A stretch of 64,000 bases of DNA from Octopus vulgaris (GCA_951406725.2 OX597835.1:39060001-39124000); one strand, 5' to 3'. Positions 13,199-27,280 are shown, numbered from the stretch's first letter. The notes: generated by a model not told the origin, from the sequence alone. Numbers and translations: made by a program.

Positions 13199-14329
13199 TG
13201 TCATTGGGACACCCGGTTTTTCGACATCATTATGCTTGTTCGGCAAAAGCTAACCAACACTAATGAATAAAAAAGAGTCGAGACTCACGTACGTTCAGCA
13301 AACAGTTTGTTTGCTGTTCCGCGCTGGAGATCTGCCAGTCGATAATAAAACATCATACGCACGGTGAACAGCGAAAATGAAAACGATGACTAGCATATTC
13401 AGGCAGACTCGAATAGAGAACAATTCATTTCAGAGGAATGCGTGTTCATGATACTTTCGATTCATTAGCGTCAGGGAACTTTAGATCACACGTTGTTTCG
13501 ACATCGATGTGTGACTTCAACCAAAGTTACCTCAGTCTAATGAATTTAACAAGTGTTCGTGGCACTTGCTTACAAATTCAGGAAACATTTTCTGATGAAG
13601 CCTGCTATCTGCCAACCGATAATAAAGCGTTGTTCACCGTAAAATGCGATTTATTATATCTTAGATGTTTAATTAGAAAATGAAACGTATTTTAGAGATT
13701 TTTAATCGAAGGCAAAAATTAATGGGAAAAGAGGAAGGGTGAAAACCACGAATAACATGGATGGATTTTATCAAGAACTGCTAGACTGATTTAAAACGGT
13801 GAAAGTGTAAGGTCAGCGCAAGAAAGACCCAAATGGCGTCCCATGTTATTGAAGTTGCTTAGAGCAGACGATATGTGATGATGACGACGACGATGGTGAT
13901 GATGGTGATGACGACGACGATAATATATCGAATATCTTGCAAATGTGCACATAGCTACAAAACAAATCAGAATAATCAATTATTCCATGATTTTCTTGGT
14001 TTTCTGCCAACAAAGAGTTCTCCTGTCATTTGACTGAATGTATTAATAGAAATAATACGGAAGAGACATGCATTGACTTTAAGTAATAAACTATTCTGTG
14101 AAATAGCTTGTTATTGTTGTTGTTGTTGTTGTTGTTGTTGCTGTTGTTGTAACTGTTGCTGATTTTGCTGTTTTTGCTGTTGTTGTGGAACTTGGAAAAG
14201 AGTAGCGACTTATCCGGTGGTATGTGGTCTAGTGGTTAAGGTGTTGTACTCCCGATCGCAAGATCATGGTTTCGTTCTCCGCACCGGGTGGTACTTTGTG
14301 TTTTTGAGCAAATTGCTCCCTTTACCCCT

Positions 14330-14626
14330 TGCTTGTTTCAGTCATTAGATTGCGGCCACGCTGGGGCACCGCCTTGAAGAATTCTAGCCGAACGAATCGC
14401 CCCCGGTACTTACTTTTCAAGTCCTGGTACATATTCTATCGTGCTCTATTTTGCTGAACCACTAAGTCACGGACACGTAAGCACGCCAACACCAGTTGTC
14501 AAGTGGTAGTAGGGGATCAACACAGTTACAAAGACACACAGACACATACACACGCACACACAGGCGCGCGCACACTCAGAAACACAGACACACACACGTG
14601 TGTGCGTGTATATTCATATATATATA

Positions 14627-14672
<46 letters not shown>

Positions 14673-14830
14673 ACGGGCTTCTTTCAGTTTCCGTCTACCA
14701 AATCCATTAACAAGGCTCTCGTCGGGGGAGGATATAGTAAAAGACACTTGCCCAAGGTGCCACCCAATGGAACCGAACCTGGAATCATGTGGTTGGGAAG
14801 AAAACATCTTACCACATAGTCGCACCTTGC
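14330..14830 (-). mobile_element. SINE family A copy
   Basis: cttgtttcagtcattagattgcggcc...gacgggcttctttcagtttccgtctaccaaatcc...cttaccacatag. Confidence 0.85.
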
Positions 14831-15149
14831 GCCAGTTTCACATCTCTCTAATCTATTCAGCTGCAAACGATTAAACCTGTAATAGTCTAGCGCCCTATCC
14901 AGATGTACTGCTCTGTAATTGGCTGTATGACTCCGAGATCCCGTGGCAGTAATGATCAGGCGTTGATAATGCCACCTTCTGTTTCACAACCAAAAAGCTT
15001 TAATGATAAGGATAGTGTTACACAGTTTAGTAGCTACGAGCAATTGTTACATACCGTTCAAAATTGTAACAAAAAAATCTAAAACAAAAAACGGAGACAA
15101 GTGAGGGAATAACAAACAAGGTGTTTGACGCTCAGTAAAAGTAGAAGGG

Positions 15150-15185
15150 TTTTGACGATTCGAGCCTATGCACGTCTACCGAAGG
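15150..15185 (-). ncRNA. Highly degenerate hammerhead motif (GAGC-stem family) in a Penelope-terminus-like module
   Basis: Homologous to 9688-9723 (gacgctcag...tttgacgattcgagcctatgcacgtctaccg); GAAA box mutated to GAAT. Confidence 0.35.
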
Positions 15186-15499
15186 AAAAGGAGAAAACAT
15201 GGAGGGAGGTAAAAAAAAAGCGAAACAGAGAAAAATCTGTCTGTATTAACGGTTGTACATGCTGAATTTTTTTGTTGGCCATTTGTTGTTGTTGTTGTTG
15301 CTGTTTTATCCTCGGCCACCGAAAACAGAACGAGCCTATGATTATAGTCACTCCAGCTGTGACCAAGAAGTCCCTTTTGTCCTATAAGTGGTCAGAGTGA
15401 TTTGAGAGAAATTGGCTATGATTTCTACCATATATTACGTATCTCACGTGATGCAGACAGGTATTCTGTGACATGAACTGATCAAAGTAGTAATAATAA

Positions 15500-16150
<651 letters not shown>

Positions 16151-16165
16151 CATAATAATAATAAC

Positions 16166-16251
<86 letters not shown>

Positions 16252-16408
16252 TAATAATAATAACTCTTTCAATTATTTCCAGTACAAGGCCAGCAAGAAG
16301 GATAAAATTGTCTTAACTGGTTTGATCAATAAGTATCCGGACTGTTGCCATAGTAACGAAACTAAAGCACGCAGAGTAAAGACGCTTCGCACAGATTAAC
16401 CTTGAACT

Positions 16409-16430
16409 AGACAGACAGACAGACAGATAT

Positions 16431-16481
<51 letters not shown>

Positions 16482-16610
16482 TACATACATACATACATAC
16501 ATACATACACACACACATACATACATACATACATACATATACATACACACACACACACACACACATACATACATACATACATACATACATACATACACAC
16601 ATACATACAT

Positions 16611-16643
<33 letters not shown>

Positions 16644-16749
16644 TACATACATACATTCATACATACACACATACATACATACATACATACATACATACAT
16701 ACATACATACATACATACATACATACATACATACACACATACATACATA
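16409..16749. repeat. (CATA)n/(CA)n compound microsatellite
   Basis: Direct reading. Confidence 0.95.
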
Positions 16750-17079
16750 TTTAAGAGGGAGAAAGATAGAGCAAGTAAGATAGAAAGGGGTGAAGTGGAG
16801 AGAAATATGAAATAGAGAAACGGTATTTACAGAACAGTGGCATTGCTATTTCTTGAAAAACCATTCTTACAATTCCATTCCAATCAACTGGTTTCAACTT
16901 CCTACACAATTGTTTATGTATTATTGCAGTTGTAACAATTACAATTAAGATGATGCGCTCGGAATTTCTAATTACCTTTTAATTTAATAGTCCAAGTCTG
17001 CCGAAGTCTGAAGCTTTTCAGCGCGGTTCTAGCATTATGTCGCACCTGTCGTTATTATTGTACATTCATTTTATCACTT

Positions 17080-17080
<1 letters not shown>

Positions 17081-17149
<69 letters not shown>

Positions 17150-17179
17150 CAGCAGCAATGGTAGTAGTTACGTCAGGAG

Positions 17180-17268
<89 letters not shown>

Positions 17269-17764
17269 ACTACTACTACTACTACTACCACTACTACTAC
17301 TTTCATCGTTATCGTCATTATCATAATCATCATTAGTGTAACTATTATTTTTATTATTAATGCCGTCATCATATTGTTACTATTGTTAAATCCGCTACTA
17401 CTTTTATTATCATCACCACCATCATCATCCTCACAATCATCATCATCACCATCATCATTACTCTCACCATCACCATCATCATCATCAAAGTCATCATCAT
17501 TACCACAATCACTACCACCATAACCACCATCATCATCCTCATCATCATCATCACCATCACATCATCATCATCATCATCACCATCATCATCATTATAATCA
17601 TCATCACCATCATCATCACCATCACCACCACCACCATCATCACCATCATCATCACCATCATCATCACCATCACCACCACCACCATCATCACCATCATCAT
17701 CACCACCACCACCACCACCACTACCAACACCATCATCACCATCATCATCATCACCACCACCACC

Positions 17765-17798
<34 letters not shown>

Positions 17799-17945
17799 TC
17801 ACCATCATCACCACCACCACCACTATCATCATCATCATCATCATCATCATCACCATCATCACCAACACCACCACCATCACCACCACCATCATCATCATCA
17901 TCACCATCACCACCACCACCACCACCATCATCACCATCATCATCG
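17081..17945. repeat. Compound trinucleotide block: (TAG)n, (CAG)3, (TAC)n, (TGC)n, (CAT/CAC)n
   Basis: Direct reading; source of the poly-S/Y/T/M/V ORFs. Confidence 0.95.
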
Positions 17946-18404
17946 TTATTATAATTCTATTGTCAGTTTATTAGGGCAAATGTCAGACATTTTATGCACG
18001 GTCTGCTGAGTTGTCTGAATTCTCAAACTTCCATACTTCATCTATCTTCAAATTTAGTTACAAGTCTGTTAATTGTCTTCGGTGTCTTTCCTAACATACT
18101 CTTTACTATGTTCTACCGAACGCTTCTAATACGCATTTAAATATATATCTATTTGAATTAGCTGTCAAGGAAGTTGGGTTGTAATTTGAAATATGCGGTT
18201 CTCTATGTAAATTTTAGTATTACTAGTGGCGGATTGGTAGACTATGTGATTGAGGATTGTTAAAGTTGGTGCGCAGCTGCTTATAAACTCCCAGATCAAG
18301 GCCACATGCTATCCGGCTGTTCCATACTTTTATGCCTGGAAAAAATATTGTATGTGTGTGCGTATATGTGAGTGTATGTGTGTGTTTTTATTACTATTTT
18401 ATTA

Positions 18405-18726
18405 TTTTATCTAGTTTCAGCTCACGAGCTGTGGCCATGCTGGGGCATGTATAAAATTTCTGGACTCAGGTGAATCAGATACCTAAATGGTATCTGAGCA
18501 AATCGACCCCCAGGATTTATTCTTTGTAAGCCTAGTACTTATTCTATCGGTCTATTTTGCTGAACCGCTAAGTTCCGAGGACTACACACACCAGCATCGG
18601 TTGTCAAGCGATGTTGGGGAGACAAACACAGAGACACAATCATATACACACACATACATACATACATACATACCTACATACATACATACATACCTACCTA
18701 CATACATACATACATACATACATACA

Positions 18727-18759
<33 letters not shown>

Positions 18760-18932
18760 GCATATATACGATGGGCTTCTTTCAGTTTCCGTCTACCAAA
18801 TCCACTCACAAGGCTTTGGTCGGCCCGAGGATATAGTAGAAGACACTTGCCCAAGGTGCCATGCAGGGGGAACTGAACCCGGAACCATGTGGTTCGTAAG
18901 CAATCTACTTACCACACAGCCACTCTTACGCC
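18405..18932 (-). mobile_element. SINE family A copy with flank-derived insertion near its 3' end
   Basis: Family A body 18496-18932; tail 18405-18446; intervening 18447-18492 duplicates 18974-19019. Confidence 0.85.
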
Positions 18933-19242
18933 TATGTCTGGAAAAAATATTGTATGTGTGTGTGTGTATAGATATGTATAAAAATTCTGGACTCAGGTGA
19001 ATCAGATACCTAAATTGTAAAGCACGAGTCTCCCAAAGATTATAGATAAAATGCAATGTCCTTATCTTTTAGAAGTCGAACTGAATATTATTATTATATC
19101 CTTTCCTCTATTCTTCCTGCTGTTATAAATGGTCTCTCTTTTCTTATCGCTGTAAGGTTTTTTCCAATATTAATTACAAACCTGAGCAAGTGGATTCATT
19201 CCTCTGGCTGTTAATGGTTAGGGAACCATCAAGTGACGCAAA

Positions 19243-19457
19243 CTCTTTACTCTTTACTCTTTTACTTGTTTCAGTGATTTGACTGCGGCCATGCTGGAGC
19301 ACCGCCTTTAGTCCAGCAAATCGACCCCAGGACGTATTCGTTGTAAGCCTAGTACTTATTCTATCGTTCTGTTTTGCCGAACCGCTAAGTTACGGGGTCG
19401 CGAACACACCACCATCGGTTGTCAAGCGATGTTGCGGGGACAAACACAGACACACAA

Positions 19458-19496
<39 letters not shown>

Positions 19497-19528
19497 CAAA
19501 TTTCTTGCCACACAGCCACGCCTGCGCT
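19243..19528 (-). mobile_element. SINE family A, internally deleted
   Basis: (actcttt)n tail, 3' body and (CA)n, then only the extreme 5' end cttgccacacagccacgcctgcgc. Confidence 0.85.
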
Positions 19529-19959
19529 TGTTCACTCAATTTAATTCTTTAATAATTGTGTTTCTACAATCAATTCGTTTGTGGATAGCCAAGGAGGGTT
19601 GCAGATGAAATCCTAGTTCAAGGGTTGAAACATAGCATATCCGGCTATTCTCTTCTAATTTTTTATTTTTTTACTGTCTGGAAAAATGCTGTATATGCAA
19701 ACGTATTGATTACAGTGTCCGTAGCATACAATGTTGGCTAAAAACGTTTCACAGATATAGACCATTGTACAGTATAACAAAGAAGCAGATCATTATTAAT
19801 ATTGTTAATTTGATATTTGAATTCGCTGCCAAGAAAGCGCTACACACCGAATCATTTTATAAGTAATGTTCGAGAACTGAACGAGAAGAAAAATTTCTGA
19901 ATTTCATATTTTATTAAAATTCTTTCATTAACGTCATTATCATAATTTTCAATGCCCTC

Positions 19960-21095
19960 TTTCCAAATTATTTTATAAGTTTCTTGAAACAATCTATGTA
20001 AAATTCTTTCGGTTTTATATTAAATAACGATGAGAGGAGAGTTACTACGTCTTTCCATGTTTTGAGAGCTAATCTGAATTAGAGCTAATCTGAAAATTTT
20101 TAAGAGCTAATCTGAAAATGATTGTGTAAAACTTCTGAATAAATGGTAATTAGATGGAGAAAACTGGTGAATATGCAGGGTGGGGAATTATTTTCCTATA
20201 TGAAGCTTTCAATCTTTCCAGACTTAATTATTGCTACAAGGGATTGCGCATTTTCATGATGTACAACCATTCCGTTATGATTCGCTAAACTTGACTTCTT
20301 TTCCTTTAAAACGGTCTTTAAGCCTGCTGATAATGTCTGCTACAATCGCTTCATTAACTGATAGCAACTAAAAGTGATTCCCAGCGACACAATCCTGCCA
20401 AACACTAACCAACACCTTTTCGAACGGACGACGCTTTGCGGTTGAGGTTTAGCTAATTCGCCTTCGCTAAGCCATCGTCTGCCTCATTTAACATTCTCGT
20501 AAAAGATCCACTTTTTATTACCGGACACTAATCTGTCCAAAAATGGCAATAAGCATTCAGAAGAGTGTAGAGAACCAGTCGTGGTGCGCGTTTGCTTTCT
20601 GTGAAATTATTTGGAACCAATTAACCAATTTTACACATTCATATACCTTTTCAAGCCATTACAAATGTCGATGAGCGATGGAATAACTTGAATTCAGCTT
20701 CTGAAATAATTCTTCGGTGCTAACAGCATTATTTCGAATAAGTTTTGACAAAAGTAGGTCTTCATTAAACCTATTTCTTTACTACCCAAAAGGGGCTAAA
20801 CACAGAGAGGATAAACGGATTGAGTCGATTATATCGACTCCAGTGCGTAACTGGTACTTAATTTATCGACCCCGAAAGGATGAAAGGCAAAGTCGACCTC
20901 GGCGGAATTTGAACTCAAAACGTAGCGGCAGACGAAATACCGCAAAGCATTTCTCCCGACGTGCTAACGTTTCTGCCAGCTCGCCGCCTTGGTCTTCATT
21001 AAACCGAAGAGAATGACCTATACGTGAATTACCTTTTATGCTCCAATCACTCTTCTTAAAGTCTTCAGACCATCTGCCAGGTCGTTTCAGTTGAT
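19960..21095 (-). pseudogene. Old mariner (DD34D-type) transposase remnant, interrupted by a SINE B
   Basis: Minus translation pieces: RWSEDFKKSDWSIKGNSRIGHSLRFNED; PFLDRLVSGNKKWIFYENVK*GRRWLSEGELAKP; VVHHENAQ; PHPAYSP...SNYHLFRS; many stops and frameshifts, boundaries approximate. Confidence 0.75.
20772..20990 (-). mobile_element. SINE family B, full length, 15-bp TSD
   Basis: TSD ggtcttcattaaacc at 20757-20771 and 20991-21005; head aaggcggcgagctggcagaaacgttagcacg. Confidence 0.92.
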
Positions 21096-21767
21096 CCACT
21101 TATTTTCAACCATTGTTTTCCCAATGAAGGCCTTTCGTTCCTATTTCATTCTACTGCATCCCTATAGCACCCCGCCAATTTTTAAATAAAATCCTATGAT
21201 GTTTCTATAATTGAATATTATTAGAAAATTTCTTTTATTCTTCTAATGGTTTCTGTTATTTGACTGCGACCATGCTGGAGCACCACCTTTAGTCGAACAA
21301 ATCGATCCCAGGACTTATTCTCTGTAAGCCCGGTACTTGTTCCATCATTTCCTTTTGTCAAATTGCTAACTTACGGAGACGTAAACTCACCAACATCGGT
21401 TGTCAAGCGATGGTGAAGGGATAAACACAGACACACAAATGCACATAGACACACAGACACACATATATGTACGACGGGCTTCTTTCAGTTTCCGTCTACC
21501 AAATCCACTCACAAGGCTTCGATCGGCCTGAGGCTATAGTAGAAGACACTTGTTCAAGGTGCTACGCAGGGGGACTGAACCCGGAACCATGTGGTTGGGA
21601 AGCAAACTTCTTACCACACAGCCACTCCTGGGCCGAGGAATAGTATTTTAAAATTGTCAAAATATTTTTGTATTGCAGGAATACAGCCAGTTTATATCAA
21701 GTAAATTTTTACAGCAAAATCTTATATAGGTCCTCACGGGTCATATGGACACCAGTTGGGAACCACC
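21096..21767. mobile_element. hAT (Charlie/MER5-like) MITE, degenerate, containing a SINE A (21230-21632)
   Basis: Ends ...ttttcaaccatt / ...gggtcatatggacaccagttgggaaccacc, homologous to 53492-54056. Confidence 0.6.
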
Positions 21768-21854
21768 AAAATGCTCCGTGGACAAGTCGATCTTCAGGAG
21801 AGTCGAACAAAAAACTGGCTGGTTCATACTGTAAAGGGTAAAGACTCCCTTCGA

Positions 21855-22045
21855 TCATGAGCCACCATGGGATTGCACAAGTCCGTGCAAGGTTGTTTAT
21901 AGAAGACCAGCAGTCGCCCATGCATACCAGCCATCCCTCTCCACACCACTGATGTTATCCAAGCGAAAGGCAAAAGGGGCCGATACAGCTTGGCACTAGT
22001 GACGTCACAACTCATTTCTACAGCTGAGTGAACTGGAGCAACATG
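21855..22045 (-). mobile_element. SINE family D, 5'-truncated
   Basis: ccatgggattgcac...gccgatacagcttggcactagtgacgtcacaactcatttctacagctgagtgaactggagcaac matches 10588-10770. Confidence 0.85.
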
Positions 22046-22152
22046 ACACATCCGAGACTGAAACATGACACATCCGACTTTTCAATGTTTTTCGGTTTTT
22101 TTTTTTATTTTTGCTTTATTTTTGTCCTTAGAAATATTTTGTAAGTCGACAT

Positions 22153-22367
22153 ACTCTTTTAATCTTTTAATCTTTTACTTGTTTCAGTCATTTGACTGCG
22201 GTCACGCTGGAGCACCACCTTTAGTCGAACAAATCGACCCCAGGATTTATTCTTTGTAAGCCTAGCACTTATTCTATCGGTCTCTTTTGCCGAACCGCTA
22301 AGTTACGGGGACGTAAACACACCAACATCGGTTGTCAAGCGATGTTGGGGGACAAACAGACATAGAA

Positions 22368-22428
<61 letters not shown>

Positions 22429-22592
22429 CGATGGGCTTCTTTCAGTTTCCGTCTACCAAATCCAACACAAGGCTTTGGTCGGCCCGAGGCTATAGTAGAA
22501 GACGCTTGCTCAAGGTGCTGCGCTGTGGGACTGAACCCTGAACCATGTGGTTGGTAAGCAAGCTACTTACCACACAGCCACTCCTATGCCTA
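22153..22592 (-). mobile_element. SINE family A, full length
   Basis: ttttacttgtttcagtcatttgactgcgg ... cttaccacacagccactcc. Confidence 0.9.
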
Positions 22593-22893
22593 TGTATGTT
22601 TCCATTCTTTATAATATAGAGTGATGTTTCTTTTTTTTCCTATTTTTTTTTTAGCTGTTTCAATCACTGAACTGCGGTAATAGTGAGGCACTGCCTTGGG
22701 GAATTATAGTCGAAGAGATCACCACCAAGTACCTAATTTTGGCGTTTGGTCCTTATCTTATCGGTTTCTCATACTGAACTACTAATTTACATGGACGTAA
22801 ACAATCTAACACCAGTTGTCAAGGTATAGGGGAATGAACACAAAAGCAGACTCACACACTTATCCCTTATACACAAATACACACAAGCAAACG

Positions 22894-22925
<32 letters not shown>

Positions 22926-23528
22926 CACGATGTTTCCCAACATAGTCAGCTTCCGTCTACCAAAATCATTCGCAAGGCATTGCCAGGCCCAAGAGGTCAT
23001 GAGTTCCATTCTCGGACCGGGCTCTGTGTTGTGTTCTTGAGCAAGACACTTTATTTCATGTTGCTTCAGTTTACCCATCTGTAGAAATCAGTTTCGACAT
23101 TACTAGTAGAACCACATGTCCACGGTGCCGCTCATACCATTGTACTGAACCCTAAACCACATGGTCGCAAAGCCAGCACTGCGGTACGTCATTGAAGTGC
23201 CAGTCTTCTACGACATATGGGAATTCTCTGAAGTTCCAAAGAAGCATATTTGCCCCTCAAATAATTTGACGTTGGGTGGTCAGCCAACGCTACATTGTTT
23301 TACCGATAAGGTAAACTAATATTGGGAACTAATATTGGACATCGTGTGTTGTTTCAGAAAATATACAGGGCAGGCGACATCTGTCATCTATAATTTACGA
23401 ATCATAGGCATATATATGTATGTAAGCATGTATGTATGTATGTCTGTATGTACATATATATATATATATATATATATACAATACGCACACACATATATCT
23501 GTATGCATGTATGCGTATTTGTATGTCA

Positions 23529-23588
<60 letters not shown>

Positions 23589-23822
23589 GATTCACTAATT
23601 CACGTGAGGTGAGTCTGCTGCTGTATGGCCAAGTGTTGATTATTCAAGCAAGATTGGTTATTCTTTTGTGGGGCATAGAGTTCGAGAATATGGCTATGTT
23701 TATCTTTGCTTGCCAGGAAGGGAGGGACTTTCTCTCTTCATCTTCGTCGCCCTCGTTGCCTTTGCTATAAATATATATCTACACACAGACAGACTCAAAC
23801 ACACCCAAACACACACGCACAT

Positions 23823-23865
<43 letters not shown>

Positions 23866-23894
23866 GATATATTTATATATATATATATATGTGT

Positions 23895-23946
<52 letters not shown>

Positions 23947-24059
23947 GTGTATGTGAATATATATGTGCATTGTCCCATTTTGTATTCTCTCTCTATATAT
24001 ATATAAATAATAAGACGGTTCCCCAGCATGGCTGCAGTCTGATGATTGAAACAAGCAAA

Positions 24060-24105
<46 letters not shown>

Positions 24106-24155
24106 TATATCCACGCAGTATATACATGCTTATATATATACACAGTATATATATA

Positions 24156-24690
24156 TTCAGGGTGTTCGATCTAAATTTGTTGCATTCTTATAAAAGGCAA
24201 AGAAAACACAATATCGGGTCTGAAAAGAATAGTATTTTAAATCATCAATAATATCGACCATATTATGGCCGGGACATAACAACAGTCCTGAGCTTCCACA
24301 ACGGCCTAGAGAACATGGCGCATGCGTTCTTCACTGTGTCCCAGGGAATATCTTCGAACACTGGCTTGATCTTGGCCACAAGCTCAGCCTTGATGTTGTA
24401 AGCTGAGCAGTTAATGTTCTTCTAAACCACAACTCAGACATAGTTATCCGTGGGATTAAGAGCAGGGGAATTTGGAAACCAGAAATGCGGGCTTTTGGAA
24501 TCGTAGAAATCCTCCGACACACAATTCTGACTTTTTTTGGGAGTATGGCAAAGAACCGAATCCTGGTGCCACAAATATGGCCCGGTACAGAAATCCTTTC
24601 CAACTATGGAATGACCATAGTCTCCAGGAATTTCACCTAGGCATCCGAACTGACCCTCAGGCCTCGTTCAAAGATGTGGGAGGATCAATT
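24156..24690 (-). pseudogene. Tc1/mariner DD37D (maT-type) transposase 3' fragment with terminal repeat
   Basis: Minus translation PYLWHQD-SVLCHTPKKSQNCVSEDFYDSKSPHFWFPNSPALNPT-DNY: 37 residues between 2nd and 3rd Asp; end ta-ttcagggtgttc at ~24156. Confidence 0.8.
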
Positions 24691-24767
24691 CCGGCGTGCG
24701 GACGTAGTTGGTAACGCATAATGTAAATATGTATGCGTGTACGAATAATAAACAAATGCACATGTAA

Positions 24768-24801
24768 ATAGATAGATAGATAGATAGATAGATAGACAGA
24801 C

Positions 24802-24882
<81 letters not shown>

Positions 24883-24923
24883 CAGACAGAGAGACAGATA
24901 GATATAGAGACAGATAGACAGAC

Positions 24924-24998
<75 letters not shown>

Positions 24999-25023
24999 TA
25001 GATATAGAGACAGATAGACAGAC

Positions 25024-25066
<43 letters not shown>

Positions 25067-25119
25067 CAGATAGACAGGTAGATAGACAGACAGACAGATA
25101 GATATAGAGACAGATAGAC

Positions 25120-25182
<63 letters not shown>

Positions 25183-25207
25183 TAGATATAGAGACAGATA
25201 GACAGAC

Positions 25208-25283
<76 letters not shown>
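24768..25283. repeat. (GATA)n/(GACA)n compound tetranucleotide array with higher-order units
   Basis: Direct reading; gatatagagacagatagaca recurs about every 100 bp. Confidence 0.95.
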
Positions 25284-25669
25284 TAGCCACAAATGGTGTG
25301 AGAGAAGGAAGGTGAGAAAAAATGAGGGTGCTAGGATGAGAGAGGGTCACACAAAATGATTGAGAGAGAGAGAGAGAGAGAGTGAGGAGAGATGTAAAAA
25401 TTGACCTGTGCATGAACTTGATGTTATGTACGTATGACAGGCGTATGATGTGTGTATGTGGTGTAGGTGTAATGTATGTGATAGTATGTGGTGAATACGG
25501 CATGTTAAACAATGCGAAGTATGTATGATGTGTAAAGTGTGTGTGTGAGGTTGTGTTCAAACTAGCGGTGCTGAACAGAAACTCTGACAACGGAAAGACC
25601 TGAAGCGCAAAATGAAAGCCGTGAGTAATGGATAATCCAATGGTCGTAAGCAATATTGTCAGAGAGAGG

Positions 25670-25701
<32 letters not shown>

Positions 25702-25950
25702 AGGGAGAGAACATGCGTATGTGTCAGAGAGAGACAGAGAGAGAGAAACACAGAGAGAGTTAGAGAAGGAGGGAGAGCAAAGGTACAAAATTGAATTATC
25801 AGACATATTGTCTCTACGAACTGTGACATACATCTCACACGGAAACACAGACATGCGCACTAACACATGCATACACACACACACATGCACACGAGCACAC
25901 ACACACACACACACACACACACGCATATACACACATGTACGCAATAATAG

Positions 25951-26004
<54 letters not shown>

Positions 26005-26061
26005 AAACATATATATGTATGTATTTATGTATATGCGCATAAAAGAATGTGCATACACACA

Positions 26062-26125
<64 letters not shown>

Positions 26126-26298
26126 AGGGAGAGAGAGATCTTAATATTTAATATTTAGCTTAGGCATTCCGATATTAATAATCTGGTGTTAGAACTCCTT
26201 ATACATTAGCTTCGGAACAAAGCGTCAGTCGGGTTCAAGGCAGAAATAAGAAATTTGGAATGACAAAGGAACAAACAATTATGTTATGTACTTGATTA

Positions 26299-26377
26299 GC
26301 TTACAGCTGTTTCCGCTGTAAGAAGCAATGCACTCATAGTTGAGTGCTTGTGTATCACCCTATAGCTTCATCAGAGC
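26299..26377 (-). ncRNA. Minimal type I hammerhead ribozyme with extended stem II
   Basis: Minus strand GCT-CTGATGA-A-GCTATAGGG...TCTTACAGC-G-GAA-ACAGCTGT-A-AGC; palindromic stem III ACAGCTGT, GUA site; nested hairpin GCACTCA acta TGAGTGC in loop II. Confidence 0.75.
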
Positions 26378-26454
26378 AAATGGATACATGCATACATACA
26401 GACACACACAGATATAGACACACACACACACGCACACACGGGACATATGTATAT

Positions 26455-26790
26455 ATGTAGATACGGCTGTGTGGTTAAGAAGCTAACTTTATAATCCCAT
26501 AGTTTCGAGTTCAGTTCCACTTCGCGGCACCTTGGGCAAATGTTTTGTACAATAGCCCACGTCCGATTAATGCTTTATGAGTGAATTTCGAAAACGGAAA
26601 TTGTGTGGAAGCCCACCATATGTATGCTTGTGGATGGAGTGGGGGTATGTGTGTGTTTGTGTGTGTGTGTGTGTGTGTTATGCTTACCTATCTCGAACAA
26701 CCACCCGACACCCGGTTTGATTATTTTTTATATACCCGTGACTTAATGGTTCGGCATGCACACCGTGGAAACCAACGAAGATTAATTTAC
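26455..26790 (+). mobile_element. SINE family A, degenerate
   Basis: ggctgtgtggttaagaagc...agttcagttccacttcgcggcaccttgggcaaatg. Confidence 0.75.
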
Positions 26791-26881
26791 TTATAGACAT
26801 ATGCGTGCGCGCGTTTGTAACTATATATACATGAATACATACGTCTGTACTTGCGTACATATACTATATATATACTATATA

Positions 26882-26946
<65 letters not shown>

Positions 26947-26949
26947 TAT

Positions 26950-27280
26950 ATATTTTTTGGTATTTCGGAATGGTTATTTTGCCAGTTTAGCCAATAAAAG
27001 CACACGCACTATATATTTGGTGTTACTTTGCTTCAAGTGTTATTTATTTTTTTACAATAATCTTAATCTTATTTCGGCCAGTGTTCTTTCGTCACACTCC
27101 TGTGACCGCATCAGTGGTCCTTTGCTTTCTTCAGGAGTGTGACGAAAGAACTCTGGCCGAAATAAGATTAAGTTTAATGTAAAAAATAAATAACACTGAA
27201 GCAAAGTAACACCAAATATATAATGCGTGTGTTTTTATTGGCTAAACTGGCAAAATGACCATTCCGAAATACAACAATAT
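26950..27280. repeat. Long inverted repeat: ~150-bp arms, 29-bp spacer
   Basis: 26950-27102 is the reverse complement of 27132-27280 (e.g. ttgccagtttagccaataaaa / ttttattggctaaactggcaa). Confidence 0.92.

Noticed and set aside
25565-25626. Plus-strand micro-exon ending at GTGAGT
   Set aside because: Weak acceptor; stops in all three frames from the first AG; no supporting neighbouring exons
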